Shown: piece by piece, positions 1-11,343 of the stretch
Layout of the letters: the number at the start of each line of letters is the position of its first letter
Position numbering within the stretch: position 1 is the first letter of the stretch
Sequence record: SRR31156797_506
Length of the DNA stretch: 32,525 bases
Direction: 5' to 3' (one strand)
Translations under genes and position numbers: made by a program
The notes under the pieces: generated by a model
What the model saw: only the letters and a program-made list of their open reading frames with translations
The model's database searches: none
What the model was told of the DNA's origin: nothing

Positions 1-133
1 TTATTAAGCTTGCTCTGAACTCGTTGATGCTGCTCTGAGTCCTGAATCTTGAGGTCACTTAGGTATAATTCTGGCTGACTCCTAGTAGCGAAACACGTTA
101 GACTACGGCTAACTCGTTCCTATGGAGCCATGA

Positions 134-2479
134 ATGAAACCAATGAAAAACCTCGCCCAGTATTACGTTGACCTGTTGGTTAAGTTGGGCATATTACGTT
201 TCTCTATTTTATTAGCACTGGCGCTGGTGGCGTTAGCTGTTGTTGTGCAGGTTGGTATCACGCTTGCGCTCAATGGGCGCGTTGATGATATTGATATCTT
301 ACGTTCCGTATTCTTCGGTCTGATCATTACCCCTTGGGCGGTCTATTTCCTTTCGGTTGTCGTTGATCAGCTAGAAGAGTCGCGGCAACGTCTTTCCAAA
401 TTGGTTTCTAAACTGAAAGATATGCGCTCGCGTGATCAGGAGTTGAATCATAAGCTTCAGAAGAACATCGTTAAACTTAATCAAGAAATTGAAGAACGTA
501 TTAAAGCCGAAGAAGCGCGTGAAGAAGCGATGGCCGATTTGGAAAATGAGATTTTTCAACGCGAGAAAACTCAGGTTGAATTAGCTGAACGTACCGCACT
601 GTTACGCTCGTTTATCGATGCTTCTCCTGACCTTATCTACTATCGAAACGCGAAAGGCGAGTTTTCTGGTTGTAACCGAGCCATGGAAGAACTGACGGGT
701 AAACGCGAACATGATTTGGTTGGTCTAACCCCATGGGATGTTTACCGTAAAGAGATCGCTCAATCGATTGTTGAGACCGACCAGCGGGTGTTTAAAGATA
801 ACCGTGCCATTACTTATGAGCAGTGGCTGGAATACCCTGACGGTCATAAGAACTACTTTGAATTACGTAAAGTTCCTTTTTACAGCAAAGAGGGCCGACA
901 TCTTGGTCTGGTTGGCTTCGGTCGTGATATTACCGAACGTAAACGCCATGAAGAATCTCTTGAGAAAGCCAGCCGAGATAAAACCACCTTTATTTCTACG
1001 ATTAGCCATGAGCTGCGTACACCGCTCAATGGTATTGTAGGCTTAAGCCGCATGTTGCTCGATACGCCAATGACGCCAGAGCAACGCAAGCATATGCAAA
1101 CCATAAATGTGAGTGCCGTGACGTTAGGTAATATATTCAACGATATTATCGATATGGATAAGTTCGATCGCCGTAAATTAGAGCTTTTCCCTGCGCCTTT
1201 GAATTTCGAAGAGTTCGTGGCTGAGTTAGAAAGTTTATCGGCATTGATGGCAGAGCAAAAAGGCTTACGCTTTGACCTAGAGCGCCTAACGGAACTGCCA
1301 GAATTAGTGGAAGTAGACGCGACGCGTTTACGTCAGGTGTTGTGGAATTTAATCAGCAATGCGATGAAATTCACCAAAGAGGGTGGCGTTGTGATGAACG
1401 TCAGTTCCGATATCGAAGACGGGATGGCGCATATCATTATGGAAGTCGAGGATACGGGGGTTGGTATTCCTGAAGCAGAACTCGATAAAATCTTCGCTAT
1501 GTATTATCAGGTCAAATCGGGACAAGATAATTTACACGCAGTCGGAACAGGCATTGGCCTTGCCGTTTCTCGTCAACTGGTTAATCTCATGGGTGGGGAC
1601 ATTACTGTCACCAGTGAAGAAGGGTTTGGTAGTACTTTTACAGTTTCAATCAGTGTGCCGCTAGCCAAAGCAGTGAAAGCGAAAAAGACAACCAAAGTGG
1701 TGAAAAGAAGTTTGAATATCTTTATGGTTGAAGATATCGAACTCAATGTGACGGTGGCTCGCTCACTGTTAGAAAGTCTTGGACATAAAGTGACGGTTGC
1801 AATGACCGGTCAGGAAGCGAAAGATAAATTTAAACCACAAGAGTACGATTTAGTCTTCTTGGACATCCAGTTACCAGATATGACAGGTTTTGATATCGCT
1901 CAGTATTATCGAGCTGAGTATCAAGCGCTGCCGCCGCTAGTTGCGCTAACTGCTAATGTGATTAAAGACCGTTCTGAGTATATTAGTAAAGGTATGGATG
2001 ATGCGATCAGCAAGCCTTTATCGGTGTCAGCGGTCCAAGATGTCATCAGTAAGGTGGCAGAAAGTCTCCAACAATCAGCAAAAGAGGTGGAACCGGTGGA
2101 AAAAACAATTGAAGGAAAAGATGATCTCTATATTCGTTTATTGGATCTGGAAATGTTGACCTCATATGTTGATATCGTAGGGCCAGATCCTGTGCTTGAG
2201 AGTATTAAAATGTTTGAAGATATGATGCCAAGTTACATCGAAGTGTTGGATTCAAATATGGTGGCAAAAGATCAGGACGGTATTGTATCTGAAGCGCATA
2301 AGATTAAGGGAGCCGCTGGCTCCATCGGTTTAAAACACATTCAGAGTGTGGCGCAAAAAGCGCAATCTCCAGAAGCACCTGCATGGTGGGAAAACATTAC
2401 TGATTGGGTTGAAGAGATTAAAAATGAGTACCGTCATGATATTGAGGTACTGAAACAGTGGTTGGCTCAAAGGAAATAA
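134..2479 (+). CDS. arcB: Aerobic respiration control hybrid sensor kinase ArcB
   Basis: Two N-terminal TM helices, coiled coil, PAS (FSGCNRAME), H-box SHELRTPLNG, HATPase (GTGIGL), receiver (LVFLDIQLPD), HPt (AHKIKGAAG); GGAG upstream; arcA nearby. Confidence 0.97.
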   Translation: MKPMKNLAQYYVDLLVKLGILRFSILLALALVALAVVVQVGITLALNGRVDDIDILRSVFFGLIITPWAVYFLSVVVDQLEESRQRLSKLVSKLKDMRSRDQELNHKLQKNIVKLNQEIEERIKAEEAREEAMADLENEIFQREKTQVELAERTALLRSFIDASPDLIYYRNAKGEFSGCNRAMEELTGKREHDLVGLTPWDVYRKEIAQSIVETDQRVFKDNRAITYEQWLEYPDGHKNYFELRKVPFYSKEGRHLGLVGFGRDITERKRHEESLEKASRDKTTFISTISHELRTPLNGIVGLSRMLLDTPMTPEQRKHMQTINVSAVTLGNIFNDIIDMDKFDRRKLELFPAPLNFEEFVAELESLSALMAEQKGLRFDLERLTELPELVEVDATRLRQVLWNLISNAMKFTKEGGVVMNVSSDIEDGMAHIIMEVEDTGVGIPEAELDKIFAMYYQVKSGQDNLHAVGTGIGLAVSRQLVNLMGGDITVTSEEGFGSTFTVSISVPLAKAVKAKKTTKVVKRSLNIFMVEDIELNVTVARSLLESLGHKVTVAMTGQEAKDKFKPQEYDLVFLDIQLPDMTGFDIAQYYRAEYQALPPLVALTANVIKDRSEYISKGMDDAISKPLSVSAVQDVISKVAESLQQSAKEVEPVEKTIEGKDDLYIRLLDLEMLTSYVDIVGPDPVLESIKMFEDMMPSYIEVLDSNMVAKDQDGIVSEAHKIKGAAGSIGLKHIQSVAQKAQSPEAPAWWENITDWVEEIKNEYRHDIEVLKQWLAQRK

Positions 2480-2480
2480 A

Positions 2481-2945
2481 ATGAAAAAGTTTGCTCTGGC
2501 TCTGTTGGCCGTGATCGTTGTTGGGTGTAGTAACACTCAACCTTTTAATGCCGGTGACGTGAATTGGCAACAAGATAATTTAGCGGCGTTAGCAGATACA
2601 ACACTCCAGCTAAAAAGTAGCTTGTGGACTGATCACATGCCGACAGTCGGTGAAAGTAATCAATCACAAGCTTTGAATGGAACCTTAACGCTTGAAACGT
2701 CGGGTGAGCTTCCGGCAGAGCTGGTGGTTAAGCTGGTTGTGATTAAGCAGGGGACGCAGAGTTGGCCAATTGCCGGTGAAGAAACTGAGCTTCGTACTCA
2801 AAGTGAAAACCGCTGGGAAGTGGTGTTTAAAAGTGAACTCGATATTGATATTGAGAAAGGTGTTGATGTCGCTTTAGAGCTTAATGATGCGAATGGTGAT
2901 GTATGGCTGGTCGAGCGAAATGTGCAAGTCGACAAGGTGTATTGA
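2481..2945 (+). CDS. Putative lipoprotein, co-transcribed with arcB
   Basis: MKK + hydrophobic stretch + lipobox VVGC (Cys16); starts 1 nt after the arcB stop. Confidence 0.85.
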   Translation: MKKFALALLAVIVVGCSNTQPFNAGDVNWQQDNLAALADTTLQLKSSLWTDHMPTVGESNQSQALNGTLTLETSGELPAELVVKLVVIKQGTQSWPIAGEETELRTQSENRWEVVFKSELDIDIEKGVDVALELNDANGDVWLVERNVQVDKVY

Positions 2946-2958
2946 GCTATTGAGAGTC

Positions 2959-2990
2959 ATTAAAAAAGCCCCTGATGGGGCTTTTTTAAT
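2959..2990. terminator. Bidirectional intrinsic terminator between the arcB operon and arcA
   Basis: attaaaaaagcccc-tgat-ggggcttttttaat, perfect inverted repeat with A/T tails between convergent genes. Confidence 0.9.
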
Positions 2991-3008
2991 GTGTTTAGCA
3001 TCGAAGAG

Positions 3009-3725
3009 TTACTCTTCTAAATCACCACAGAAGCGGTAACCTTCACCGTGAATCGTTGCAATGATCTCTGGCGTTCCAGAAACAGATTCAAAATGCTTAC
3101 GAATACGACGAATCGTTACGTCAACGGTACGGTCATGAGGTTTCAACTCACGGCCAGTCATCTTCTTCAGTAGATCCGCACGAGTTTGGATTTTGCCTGG
3201 GTTTTCACAGAAGTGAAGTAGAGCGCGGAACTCTGAACGAGGCAGTTTGTAGCCATCGCCACTTGGGCTAACCAAAGAACGGCTATTGATATCAAGTACC
3301 CAGCCATTGAACTCGTATTTTTCTACAGAGCGTTTTTCATCGGGAGCAACACCTGCGTTCATTGAACGGCTTAATAAGTTGCGAGCACGGATGGTCAGCT
3401 CACGAGGGTTGAATGGCTTGGTGATGTAATCATCAGCACCAATTTCAAGACCAAGGATTTTGTCTACTTCATTATCGCGACCCGTTAAGAACATTAGAGC
3501 GACATCAGCTTGTTCACGAAGTTCACGAGCCAGTAATAGGCCATTTTTACCTGGAAGGTTAATGTCCATAATGACTAGGTTAATGCTGTTATCTGTAAGC
3601 TCGTGGTGCATCTCTTCACCGTTACTAGCTTCAAAAACGGCATATCCCTCTGCTTCAAAAATACTCTTTAGAGTGTTACGAGTAACTTGCTCGTCTTCAA
3701 CGATAAGAATCTGCGGGGTTTGCAT
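3009..3725 (-). CDS. arcA: Two-component response regulator ArcA
   Basis: [40 protein letters not shown], OmpR-type winged-helix C-terminus (IHGEGYRFC), 238 aa. Confidence 0.98.
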   Translation of the reverse strand: MQTPQILIVEDEQVTRNTLKSIFEAEGYAVFEASNGEEMHHELTDNSINLVIMDINLPGKNGLLLARELREQADVALMFLTGRDNEVDKILGLEIGADDYITKPFNPRELTIRARNLLSRSMNAGVAPDEKRSVEKYEFNGWVLDINSRSLVSPSGDGYKLPRSEFRALLHFCENPGKIQTRADLLKKMTGRELKPHDRTVDVTIRRIRKHFESVSGTPEIIATIHGEGYRFCGDLEE

Positions 3726-4067
3726 TGGCGGTACCTAAATTTGTGAAAAATTTGTGCTAATAGAACTTATTCTAGGCAAAAACATAACATAGGGTAATTT
3801 GATGTTAACAATAAAACTTAATTTATTTTAAAAATATACTCTTAAGCTGCCCGCCATCCTTGGATTACTAGCATGCGAGGGAGATCCCACACCTCTATGG
3901 TTCTACTAGTCTATATGGCGGATTCTATAATGTTAACAGCATGCTAACAACGCCCAAATGTTAATACCAATCACTTTGTTGATTTATATCAATTGTTAGA
4001 ATGTAACAGAAATTAAAACTAATAACGAGTTGTAACAATTAGTTAGAGTGAAATGTAACGGTAAAAA

Positions 4068-4467
4068 ATGCGCAGCAAAAATATGAAAATTAATGCAAAT
4101 CTTTGGCGATCTTATTCGAATGTGAAGTTTGCCCTTCAAACTAAGATTGAAGTCATAGAGTACGCCATTATTACCGCATGGAACCCAAATAGTGTTAAGT
4201 TGTCACAATATGAGAATTGCGTAAATAATCAACGTTTACAGAATAACCTAGAAAGTTATTATTGGTATCCTGTGCGTGTTGGTGATCCAGTTTTTAATTG
4301 GTATGAAGAAAGTTTTGTTGTTGAAGTGCCATTGGAAGACGCTTTTAACTCGAACAACATTTAACCTCAAAAGATAAACAGGCTCTCTTCATCATCGACT
4401 TTACTTGCACTCTTGCATTGGACTTCAGCAAGTGTGTTTAGGGGATTTTAGTGAGTACGTCGCTTAA
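4068..4467 (+). pseudogene. DUF3293-like gene, apparently disrupted (premature stop at 4364; probable C-terminal remnant 4399-4467 in another frame)
   Basis: Motifs AIITAWNPNS, NNQRL and WYEESF recalled as typical of DUF3293; ORF is only 98 aa; LYLHSCIGLQQVCLGDFSEYVA* follows in a shifted frame. Confidence 0.55.
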
Positions 4468-4614
4468 CCATTAAGCGAGAGCTGATTCCCTTTTTTGCCA
4501 ATGTAAACAAATCTGAAACCTGTTGCTTCAGGCTCGGTATTACGACCCGTTTGCATTGAGTTAAGCCTAACTTAGAAACCTTAAATATAATTATACGAGA
4601 ATCATGGAGGAACG

Positions 4615-5100
4615 ATGAAAGATATCACACCGGATATTTGTGATCGTTATGAATCACAGGTCACTTTACTTAATTTACCACTGCAAAACTTTGGAATGAG
4701 AAGTTCTTTTTGGGGGCAAATCGTCACAGTACGTTGCTTTCATGACAATTCCAAAGTTCGCGACGTTCTGAGTCAAAACGGTAAAGGTAAGGTACTGATT
4801 GTTGATGGTAACGGCTCTTGCCAAAAAGCTCTGATGGGCGATCAGGTTGCGATGATGGCAATCGACAATGAGTGGGAAGGCGTCATCATTTATGGTGCAG
4901 TGCGTGATGTTGTTGCACTGTCTCAAATGGATTTAGGCGTAAAAGCGTTAGAAGCTTGTCCGTTTAAGACTGAAAAGCGCGGTGCTGGAGAAGTGAATGT
5001 CACCCTGACGATGCAAAATCAAATGGTCCAACCGGGCGATTATGTTTACGCTGACTGGAATGGGATTCTTTTAGCTCAGGAGGCGTTGGATTTAACTTAA
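4615..5100 (+). CDS. RraA-family protein / putative 4-hydroxy-4-methyl-2-oxoglutarate aldolase
   Basis: [46 protein letters not shown] motifs; GGAGG RBS. Confidence 0.92.
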   Translation: MKDITPDICDRYESQVTLLNLPLQNFGMRSSFWGQIVTVRCFHDNSKVRDVLSQNGKGKVLIVDGNGSCQKALMGDQVAMMAIDNEWEGVIIYGAVRDVVALSQMDLGVKALEACPFKTEKRGAGEVNVTLTMQNQMVQPGDYVYADWNGILLAQEALDLT

Positions 5101-5576
5101 AAGCGAAATCCTAATCCCATTTCAACACCTTGCTGCCACTCTCTGTAGTCGAGTGTGGCATGCAAATCTAAATCCTCAGTTAACTGCAAGCGACTTGATA
5201 ACTCAGCACCAACGGTATTGCTCCGATCGTTACTACCCTCATTAGAATAGGAATGAAGCATACTTTTTACCGACACTTTCTCCGTTACTTGATAGCTAAC
5301 GCCACTAAGAAAACCATTTTCGTTCAGTTGATTTTTGCCTAGCTGGTCAGACTGTTTTATGCGAGCACCTACGTAGATATCAATATTGGAAAACAGGTTG
5401 TAAGCATAACCGCCATCGATATATATGCTCCAACTGTCAACACTTTTTGAGCTTTGCTCGCTGGTTAGAAACAGTTGGTGAGGTGAGTTAGGCTGTTCAG
5501 ATAAAAGGCTAGGAAGTTGTTCTGCTTGGGTTGAAAACGTGAATAGGAGGCAGGCAATACTGATCATTACTCGCAT
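5097..5576 (-). CDS. Exported protein, probable small outer-membrane beta-barrel
   Basis: ATG 5576 preceded by GAGGA; signal peptide ending TQA; alternating beta-strand pattern and terminal GLGFRF; stop overlaps the rraA-like stop (TTAA 5097-5100). Confidence 0.75.
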   Translation of the reverse strand: MRVMISIACLLFTFSTQAEQLPSLLSEQPNSPHQLFLTSEQSSKSVDSWSIYIDGGYAYNLFSNIDIYVGARIKQSDQLGKNQLNENGFLSGVSYQVTEKVSVKSMLHSYSNEGSNDRSNTVGAELSSRLQLTEDLDLHATLDYREWQQGVEMGLGFRF

Positions 5577-5884
5577 GATATCCTCCTTATTCATTTTTGT
5601 TCGTTATAAATGTACGTGCCACTGCTCTAGAAAAACCATGAGAGCAAGATTAATTCTAGGCATAAATTTGTCTAACCGTTGAGTTTACCTTATAGCATTT
5701 TGTTATTTACATATATAGAAAAGCTCGATGTGATTTGTATAGTGAATGATTCATGTGTTTTTAGAGATTTGGGTATACAATCCGAATGAAATACAAAATA
5801 AATAGAGTTTTTGATTGACTAGCTAAAGCAAAATAGGTTAAACGTAGAGTAAGCAAACACACGATTAACAGAAGTAAGATTTCT

Positions 5885-5962
5885 ATGTTTAATACCAGCC
5901 TAGTAATGATGACAACCACCATTATTATTACCGACATTACGCATGTTGGGGCAGGCTGCTAA
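5885..5962 (+). CDS. thrL: thr operon leader peptide MFNTSLVMMTTTIIITDITHVGAGC
   Basis: 25-codon ORF read directly, 6 Thr and 4 Ile codons, immediately before the attenuator hairpin and thrA. Confidence 0.93.
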   Translation: MFNTSLVMMTTTIIITDITHVGAGC

Positions 5963-6014
5963 GCGTAAGTTTTACAAGAAAGGCCTGTATCCCAACCGAT
6001 ACAGGCCTTTTTTT
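5951..6014 (+). promoter_or_regulatory. thr transcriptional attenuator
   Basis: Terminator aaaggcctgtatc(5979-5991)/gatacaggccttt(5998-6010) + T-tract; gcaggc (5951-5956) can pair with gcctgt (5983-5988) as antiterminator. Confidence 0.92.
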
Positions 6015-6045
6015 ATACCTATTTTAAATGACTTGGAGTAAAGGG

Positions 6046-8505
6046 ATGCGAGTTCTAAAGTTTGGAGGTTCATCATTAGCTGATGCTGATCGTTTATTAA
6101 GAGCGGCAGATATCATTGCTAACAACGCTCAACAGGAAGACGTAGCCGTTGTTCTTTCTGCACCGGGTAAAACAACAAATAAACTAGTAGCAATTATTGA
6201 AAATGCAGTTCGCAATGGTGAAGCAGAACTTCAGATAAAAGAGTTGGAAGAGTCATTTCACTCTTTATTTGCAGATATTAAAGAAGTATTGCCAAATATT
6301 GATGGTTCTGGAGTCGAGAACCAAGTTAAGACGTCAATGTCTCAACTGCGTCAGTTTGTCCACGGTATCAGCCTGTTAGGTATGTGTCCGGATAACGTGA
6401 ATGCACGTATTATCAGTAAGGGCGAACGTGTTTCTATTCAGCTAATGAAAGCAGTGATGGAAGCAAAAGGATTAGCTGCAAATCTTATTGATCCAGTTAA
6501 GTATCTATACGCTAAAGGTGAACACCTAGAAGCGATGGTTGATGTTGAAGTTTCAACTCAGAACTTCAAGCAACATCCACTTCCAGAAAATCACGTTCAC
6601 ATCATGCCGGGCTTCACTGCGGGCAATAAAAAAGGTGAGTTGGTTTGTCTTGGTCGCAATGGCTCTGATTATTCTGCCGCGGTTCTTGCTGCATGTTTAC
6701 GCGCAGAGTGTTGCGAGATCTGGACCGACGTTGATGGCGTCTACAACTGTGACCCTCGCTTAGTGGATGATGCTCGATTACTAAAATCCCTAAGTTATCA
6801 AGAAGCGATGGAGCTTTCTTATTTTGGTGCTTCTGTTCTGCACCCGAAAACCATTGCTCCTATCGCTCAGTTCCATATCCCATGTCTAATCAAAAACAGC
6901 TTCAACCCTCAAGGTCCTGGTACTTTAATCGGTCTTGATACCGGTGAAGATAACCTTGCTATCAAAGGTATCACTACGCTAAACAACCTAACCATGGTGA
7001 ACGTTTCAGGTCCGGGGATGAAAGGCATGGTTGGCATGGCTAGCCGTGTATTCGGTGCGATGTCATCGGCTGGTGTTTCGATTGTTCTTATTACTCAGTC
7101 TTCTTCTGAGTACAGCATTAGTTTCTGTATTGAAGCCGAACATAAAATGTTGGCTCAACAAGCGCTATCTGAAACCTTTGAACTTGAATTAAAAGATGGC
7201 TTACTTGAGCCTGTCGATTTCATCGAAGATCTTTCAATCATCACTCTGGTAGGTGATGGTATGCGCACTTCTCGCGGTGTAGCTTCCCAATTCTTTGCAT
7301 CGCTAACTGAAGCGCACGTAAACATTGTTGCTATCGCGCAGGGATCATCAGAGCGCGCTATCTCAGCGGTTATTCCAGAAGACAAAGTTTCTTCAGCAAT
7401 CAAAGCGTGTCATGAGAACTTGTTTAACTCTAAACACTTCCTTGATGTGTTCGTGGTTGGTGTTGGCGGCGTCGGTGGTGAACTGGTGGATCAAATTAAC
7501 CGTCAGCAAGCGAAATTGGCTGAAAAAGGCATCGTTATTCGCGTTTGTGGCCTATCGAACAGTAAAGGGCTATTGCTTGATAGCGAAGGTTTACCATTAG
7601 AAAACTGGCGTGACCGTATGGGGGCAGCTTCAGAAGAGTTCTCTCTCGCGCGTTTGATTGCCTTAGTTCAGCGCAACCACATCATCAACCCAGTACTGGT
7701 TGACTGTACATCAAGCGAAGACATCGCAAATCAATATGCGGATTTCCTTGCAGCGGGTTTCCACGTGGTAACACCGAACAAGAAAGCAAATACAGCGAGT
7801 ATGGCCTACTACCATCAGCTACGCGAAGTGGCTCGTCACTCTCGCCGCAAGTTGATGTATGAAACAACGGTTGGTGCTGGTCTGCCGGTTATTGAAAACT
7901 TACAAAACCTGATTGCAGCAGGTGATGAACTAGAGAAGTTCAATGGTATTCTATCAGGGTCTCTGTCGTTCATTTTTGGTAAATTAGATGAAGGTTTAAC
8001 CTTAAGCGAAGCAACGAAAGTTGCAAAAGAGAAAGGCTTCACTGAGCCAGATCCGCGTGATGATCTATCTGGTATGGATGTGGCGCGTAAGCTACTGATT
8101 CTTGCTCGTGAAGCGGGTATGGCGCTTGAGCTTGAAGACATCAACGTTGAGCAAGCTTTGCCACCGGGTTTTGATGCATCAGGTAGTGTCGAAGATTTCA
8201 TGGCTCGCCTGCCAGAAGCGGATGCGTATTTTAAAGATCTTTCGGCAAAAGCGGCTGAAGAAGGTAAAGTTCTGCGTTATGTGGGCGAAATCGAAGATGG
8301 TAAGTGTCATGTTCGCATCACTACAGTTGATGAAAATGGACCAATGTTCAAAATTAAAGATGGCGAGAACGCGTTGGCATTCTACAGCCGTTACTATCAA
8401 CCAATTCCACTAGTGCTTCGTGGCTACGGTGCCGGCACAGAAGTTACTGCGGCAGGTGTATTCTCAGATGTCATGCGTACGCTTGGCTGGAAATTAGGGG
8501 TTTAA
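6046..8505 (+). CDS. thrA: Bifunctional aspartokinase I / homoserine dehydrogenase I
   Basis: [21 protein letters not shown], two ACT domains, GVGGVG Rossmann motif, [16 protein letters not shown]; start moved to ATG 6046. Confidence 0.98.
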   Translation: MRVLKFGGSSLADADRLLRAADIIANNAQQEDVAVVLSAPGKTTNKLVAIIENAVRNGEAELQIKELEESFHSLFADIKEVLPNIDGSGVENQVKTSMSQLRQFVHGISLLGMCPDNVNARIISKGERVSIQLMKAVMEAKGLAANLIDPVKYLYAKGEHLEAMVDVEVSTQNFKQHPLPENHVHIMPGFTAGNKKGELVCLGRNGSDYSAAVLAACLRAECCEIWTDVDGVYNCDPRLVDDARLLKSLSYQEAMELSYFGASVLHPKTIAPIAQFHIPCLIKNSFNPQGPGTLIGLDTGEDNLAIKGITTLNNLTMVNVSGPGMKGMVGMASRVFGAMSSAGVSIVLITQSSSEYSISFCIEAEHKMLAQQALSETFELELKDGLLEPVDFIEDLSIITLVGDGMRTSRGVASQFFASLTEAHVNIVAIAQGSSERAISAVIPEDKVSSAIKACHENLFNSKHFLDVFVVGVGGVGGELVDQINRQQAKLAEKGIVIRVCGLSNSKGLLLDSEGLPLENWRDRMGAASEEFSLARLIALVQRNHIINPVLVDCTSSEDIANQYADFLAAGFHVVTPNKKANTASMAYYHQLREVARHSRRKLMYETTVGAGLPVIENLQNLIAAGDELEKFNGILSGSLSFIFGKLDEGLTLSEATKVAKEKGFTEPDPRDDLSGMDVARKLLILAREAGMALELEDINVEQALPPGFDASGSVEDFMARLPEADAYFKDLSAKAAEEGKVLRYVGEIEDGKCHVRITTVDENGPMFKIKDGENALAFYSRYYQPIPLVLRGYGAGTEVTAAGVFSDVMRTLGWKLGV

Positions 8506-8508
8506 TTC

Positions 8509-9480
8509 ATGAGTTCAAGTGACATGGGTGTAGTGGTCTACGCCCCAGCATCTATCGGTAACGTAAGTGTTGGTTTTGACGTTTTGGGGGCAGCGGTTTC
8601 ACCGATTGACGGAACGTTATTAGGTGACCGTGTTGAGGTAAAAGCAGGCACTGAACCGTTTACGTTAAACACGGCTGGCAGTTTTGTTTCTAAATTGCCC
8701 GATAACCCAAAAGAAAACATTGTCTACGACTGTTGGACAGTGTTCGCTCGTGAACTAGAGAAAAAGCAAGTTGAGCTCAAGCCTGTTGAAATGACACTCG
8801 AAAAGAACATGCCTATTGGCTCGGGGTTAGGCTCGAGTGCGTGTTCGATTGTTGCAGCGTTAGACGCACTGAACCGTTTCCACGGTCAGCCATTGAATGA
8901 AACCGAACTACTCGCCCTGATGGGCGAGATGGAAGGTAAAATTTCAGGGGGTATCCACTACGATAACGTTGCGCCTTGTTATCTTGGTGGTGTTCAACTG
9001 ATGCTGGAAGAGCTAGGCGTAATCAGTCAGGAAGTTCCATGCTTTGATGATTGGTACTGGGTCATGGCTTATCCGGGTATCAAAGTTTCTACTGCTGAGG
9101 CTCGCTCAATTCTACCATCCCAATACCGCCGCCAAGACATCATTGCCCACGGTCGATACCTGGCTGGTTTTATTCATGCCTGCCATACTAATCAGCCTGA
9201 ATTAGCGGCAAAAATGATCAAAGACGTGATCGCAGAACCTTATCGTGAGAAACTGCTGCCTGGTTTTGCACAAGCTCGTCAGTATGCGCTTTCTGCTGGT
9301 GCTCTTGCGACTGGTATCTCTGGTAGTGGTCCAACGCTGTTTAGCGTATGTAAAGAAAAAGAAGTTGCCGAGCGTGTTGCTCGTTGGCTTGAACAAAACT
9401 ATGTCCAAAACGAAGAAGGATTCGTTCACGTTTGTCGCCTAGACAAAAACGGTTCAAAAGTTACAGGAAGTGAGCTATGA
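8509..9480 (+). CDS. thrB: Homoserine kinase
   Basis: [16 protein letters not shown] motif [23 protein letters not shown]. Confidence 0.98.
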   Translation: MSSSDMGVVVYAPASIGNVSVGFDVLGAAVSPIDGTLLGDRVEVKAGTEPFTLNTAGSFVSKLPDNPKENIVYDCWTVFARELEKKQVELKPVEMTLEKNMPIGSGLGSSACSIVAALDALNRFHGQPLNETELLALMGEMEGKISGGIHYDNVAPCYLGGVQLMLEELGVISQEVPCFDDWYWVMAYPGIKVSTAEARSILPSQYRRQDIIAHGRYLAGFIHACHTNQPELAAKMIKDVIAEPYREKLLPGFAQARQYALSAGALATGISGSGPTLFSVCKEKEVAERVARWLEQNYVQNEEGFVHVCRLDKNGSKVTGSEL

Positions 9481-10760
9481 AGCTTTACAACATAAAAGAA
9501 AATGATGAACAAGTATCCTTTGGCCAAGCCGTGCGCCAAGGGTTAGGTCGTAACCAAGGTCTATTTTTCCCATCGGAACTACCAAAGTTTGACGATATTG
9601 ATGCTCTATTAGCAGAAGATTTCGTTTCTCGTAGCACTAAGATTCTTTCTGCATTGATTGGTGATGAACTGCCAAGTGAGAAAGTGAATGAGATGGTGGC
9701 ATCTGCATTCCAATTCCCAGCACCAATCAAGTCAGTGAAAGATGGTGTTTACGCACTTGAGCTTTTCCATGGCCCAACATTAGCGTTTAAAGACTTTGGT
9801 GGCCGTTTTATGGCTCAGTCTCTGGCTGCAGTATCTAATGGCGGTAAAATCACTATTCTTACTGCAACATCAGGCGATACTGGTGCGGCAGTGGCACACG
9901 CTTTCTATGGTATGGAAGACATCAATGTTGTGATTCTTTACCCGAAAGGCAAGATCAGCCCGCTGCAAGAAAAGCTATTCTGTACACTTGGTAAGAACAT
10001 CCATACTGTTGCTATCAACGGCGACTTCGATGCTTGCCAGGCGTTGGTTAAGAACGCATTTGATGATGCGGAATTGCGTGAGAAAGTAGGTCTAAACTCT
10101 GCAAACTCAATTAACATCAGCCGCTTAATGGCTCAGATTTGTTACTACTTTGAAGCTGCAGCTCAAATGAGCAAAGCTGAGCGTGAGAACCTGGTGATTT
10201 CAGTGCCAAGTGGTAACTTCGGTAACCTGACAGCAGGTCTACTGGCTAAAGCGTTAGGCTTGCCAATTAAACGCTTTATCGCAGCAACGAATGCGAATGA
10301 TACGGTTCCACGTTACCTAGAAACAGGCAAGTGGGAGCCGAAACCTACCGTTGCAACGACTTCGAATGCGATGGATGTAAGCCAGCCAAACAACTGGCCA
10401 CGTATCGAAGAGCTATGTCAGATTAAAGACTGGGGCTTAGAGACTCTGGGTAAAGGCGCTGTCATGGATAATGAAAGTGCTGAATCAGTGAAAGCGTTGA
10501 ATGCGTTGGGTTATCTGTGTGAACCACATGGCGCAATCGCTTATCGCGTATTGGATCAGCAACTTCAAGAAGGCGAAACGGGCTTGTTCTTATGTACGGC
10601 ACACCCTGCGAAGTTTAAAGAAGTGGTTGATGACATTCTGGGTTCAGATATCGAACTTCCAGCCCCTCTTGCTAAACATGCTGTGATGGATCTTCTCTCT
10701 GAAGAGATGGATGCAGATTTTGCTTCTCTAAGAGAGCTTCTAATCCGAGTCCGTGGTTAG
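9477..10760 (+). CDS. thrC: Threonine synthase
   Basis: [15 protein letters not shown] (PLP lysine), [26 protein letters not shown] overlap with thrB. Confidence 0.98.
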   Translation: MKLYNIKENDEQVSFGQAVRQGLGRNQGLFFPSELPKFDDIDALLAEDFVSRSTKILSALIGDELPSEKVNEMVASAFQFPAPIKSVKDGVYALELFHGPTLAFKDFGGRFMAQSLAAVSNGGKITILTATSGDTGAAVAHAFYGMEDINVVILYPKGKISPLQEKLFCTLGKNIHTVAINGDFDACQALVKNAFDDAELREKVGLNSANSINISRLMAQICYYFEAAAQMSKAERENLVISVPSGNFGNLTAGLLAKALGLPIKRFIAATNANDTVPRYLETGKWEPKPTVATTSNAMDVSQPNNWPRIEELCQIKDWGLETLGKGAVMDNESAESVKALNALGYLCEPHGAIAYRVLDQQLQEGETGLFLCTAHPAKFKEVVDDILGSDIELPAPLAKHAVMDLLSEEMDADFASLRELLIRVRG

Positions 10761-10812
10761 TTAGAAAACATAAATAGTGAGTCGTTACCGGTTCGCTATT
10801 TATTGAGTTAAT

Positions 10813-10848
10813 AAAAAAGCGGTGCTACTCAGTAGCACCGCTTTTTTT
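10813..10848. terminator. Bidirectional intrinsic terminator thrC/grcA
   Basis: aaaaaagcggtgctact-c-agtagcaccgcttttttt between convergent genes. Confidence 0.92.
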
Positions 10849-10865
10849 AATCTTGTTTCAGTGAA

Positions 10866-11243
10866 TTATAGAGATTCAGTGAAAGTACGAGCGATAACGT
10901 CGCGTTGTTGCTCTGGAGTTAGTGAGTTAAAACGCACTGCGTAGCCAGATACACGGATAGTTAGCTGTGGGTATTTCTCAGGGTTTGCCACTGCATCTTC
11001 CAAAGTTTCACGCTTAAGAACGTTCACGTTTAGGTGCTGGCCACCTTCAACTTTTGGAGCAGTTTCGATAGCGACTTCACGGCTTTCGTATTCGCCAAGA
11101 TCACTGACAGGAACAACTTGGTCAGCTTCGTAGTTAGCCGCAGATACAACACAACGAGCTTCATTTGATTCACTGTCGATTAGCCAAATAGAGTTAAGTA
11201 GTTCATCATTAGCTGCTTTAGTGATTTGAATACCTTGGATCAT
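10866..11243 (-). CDS. grcA: Autonomous glycyl radical cofactor GrcA (YfiD)
   Basis: [22 protein letters not shown], glycyl-radical loop [13 protein letters not shown] 11243 with AGGAG RBS. Confidence 0.97.
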   Translation of the reverse strand: MIQGIQITKAANDELLNSIWLIDSESNEARCVVSAANYEADQVVPVSDLGEYESREVAIETAPKVEGGQHLNVNVLKRETLEDAVANPEKYPQLTIRVSGYAVRFNSLTPEQQRDVIARTFTESL

Positions 11244-11343
11244 CAATGTCTCCTAGTCCACTTTAAGTGGCATTTTATTGGTGTTAATTTTCAGAATTTT
11301 GCTGAGCTTCGTTATTATATAGTTTATATCCCTGATTATAGTA

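Noticed and set aside
11-38. tgctctga repeated at 11-18 and 31-38 upstream of arcB
   Set aside because: Only two 8-bp copies at the window edge; cannot be distinguished from chance
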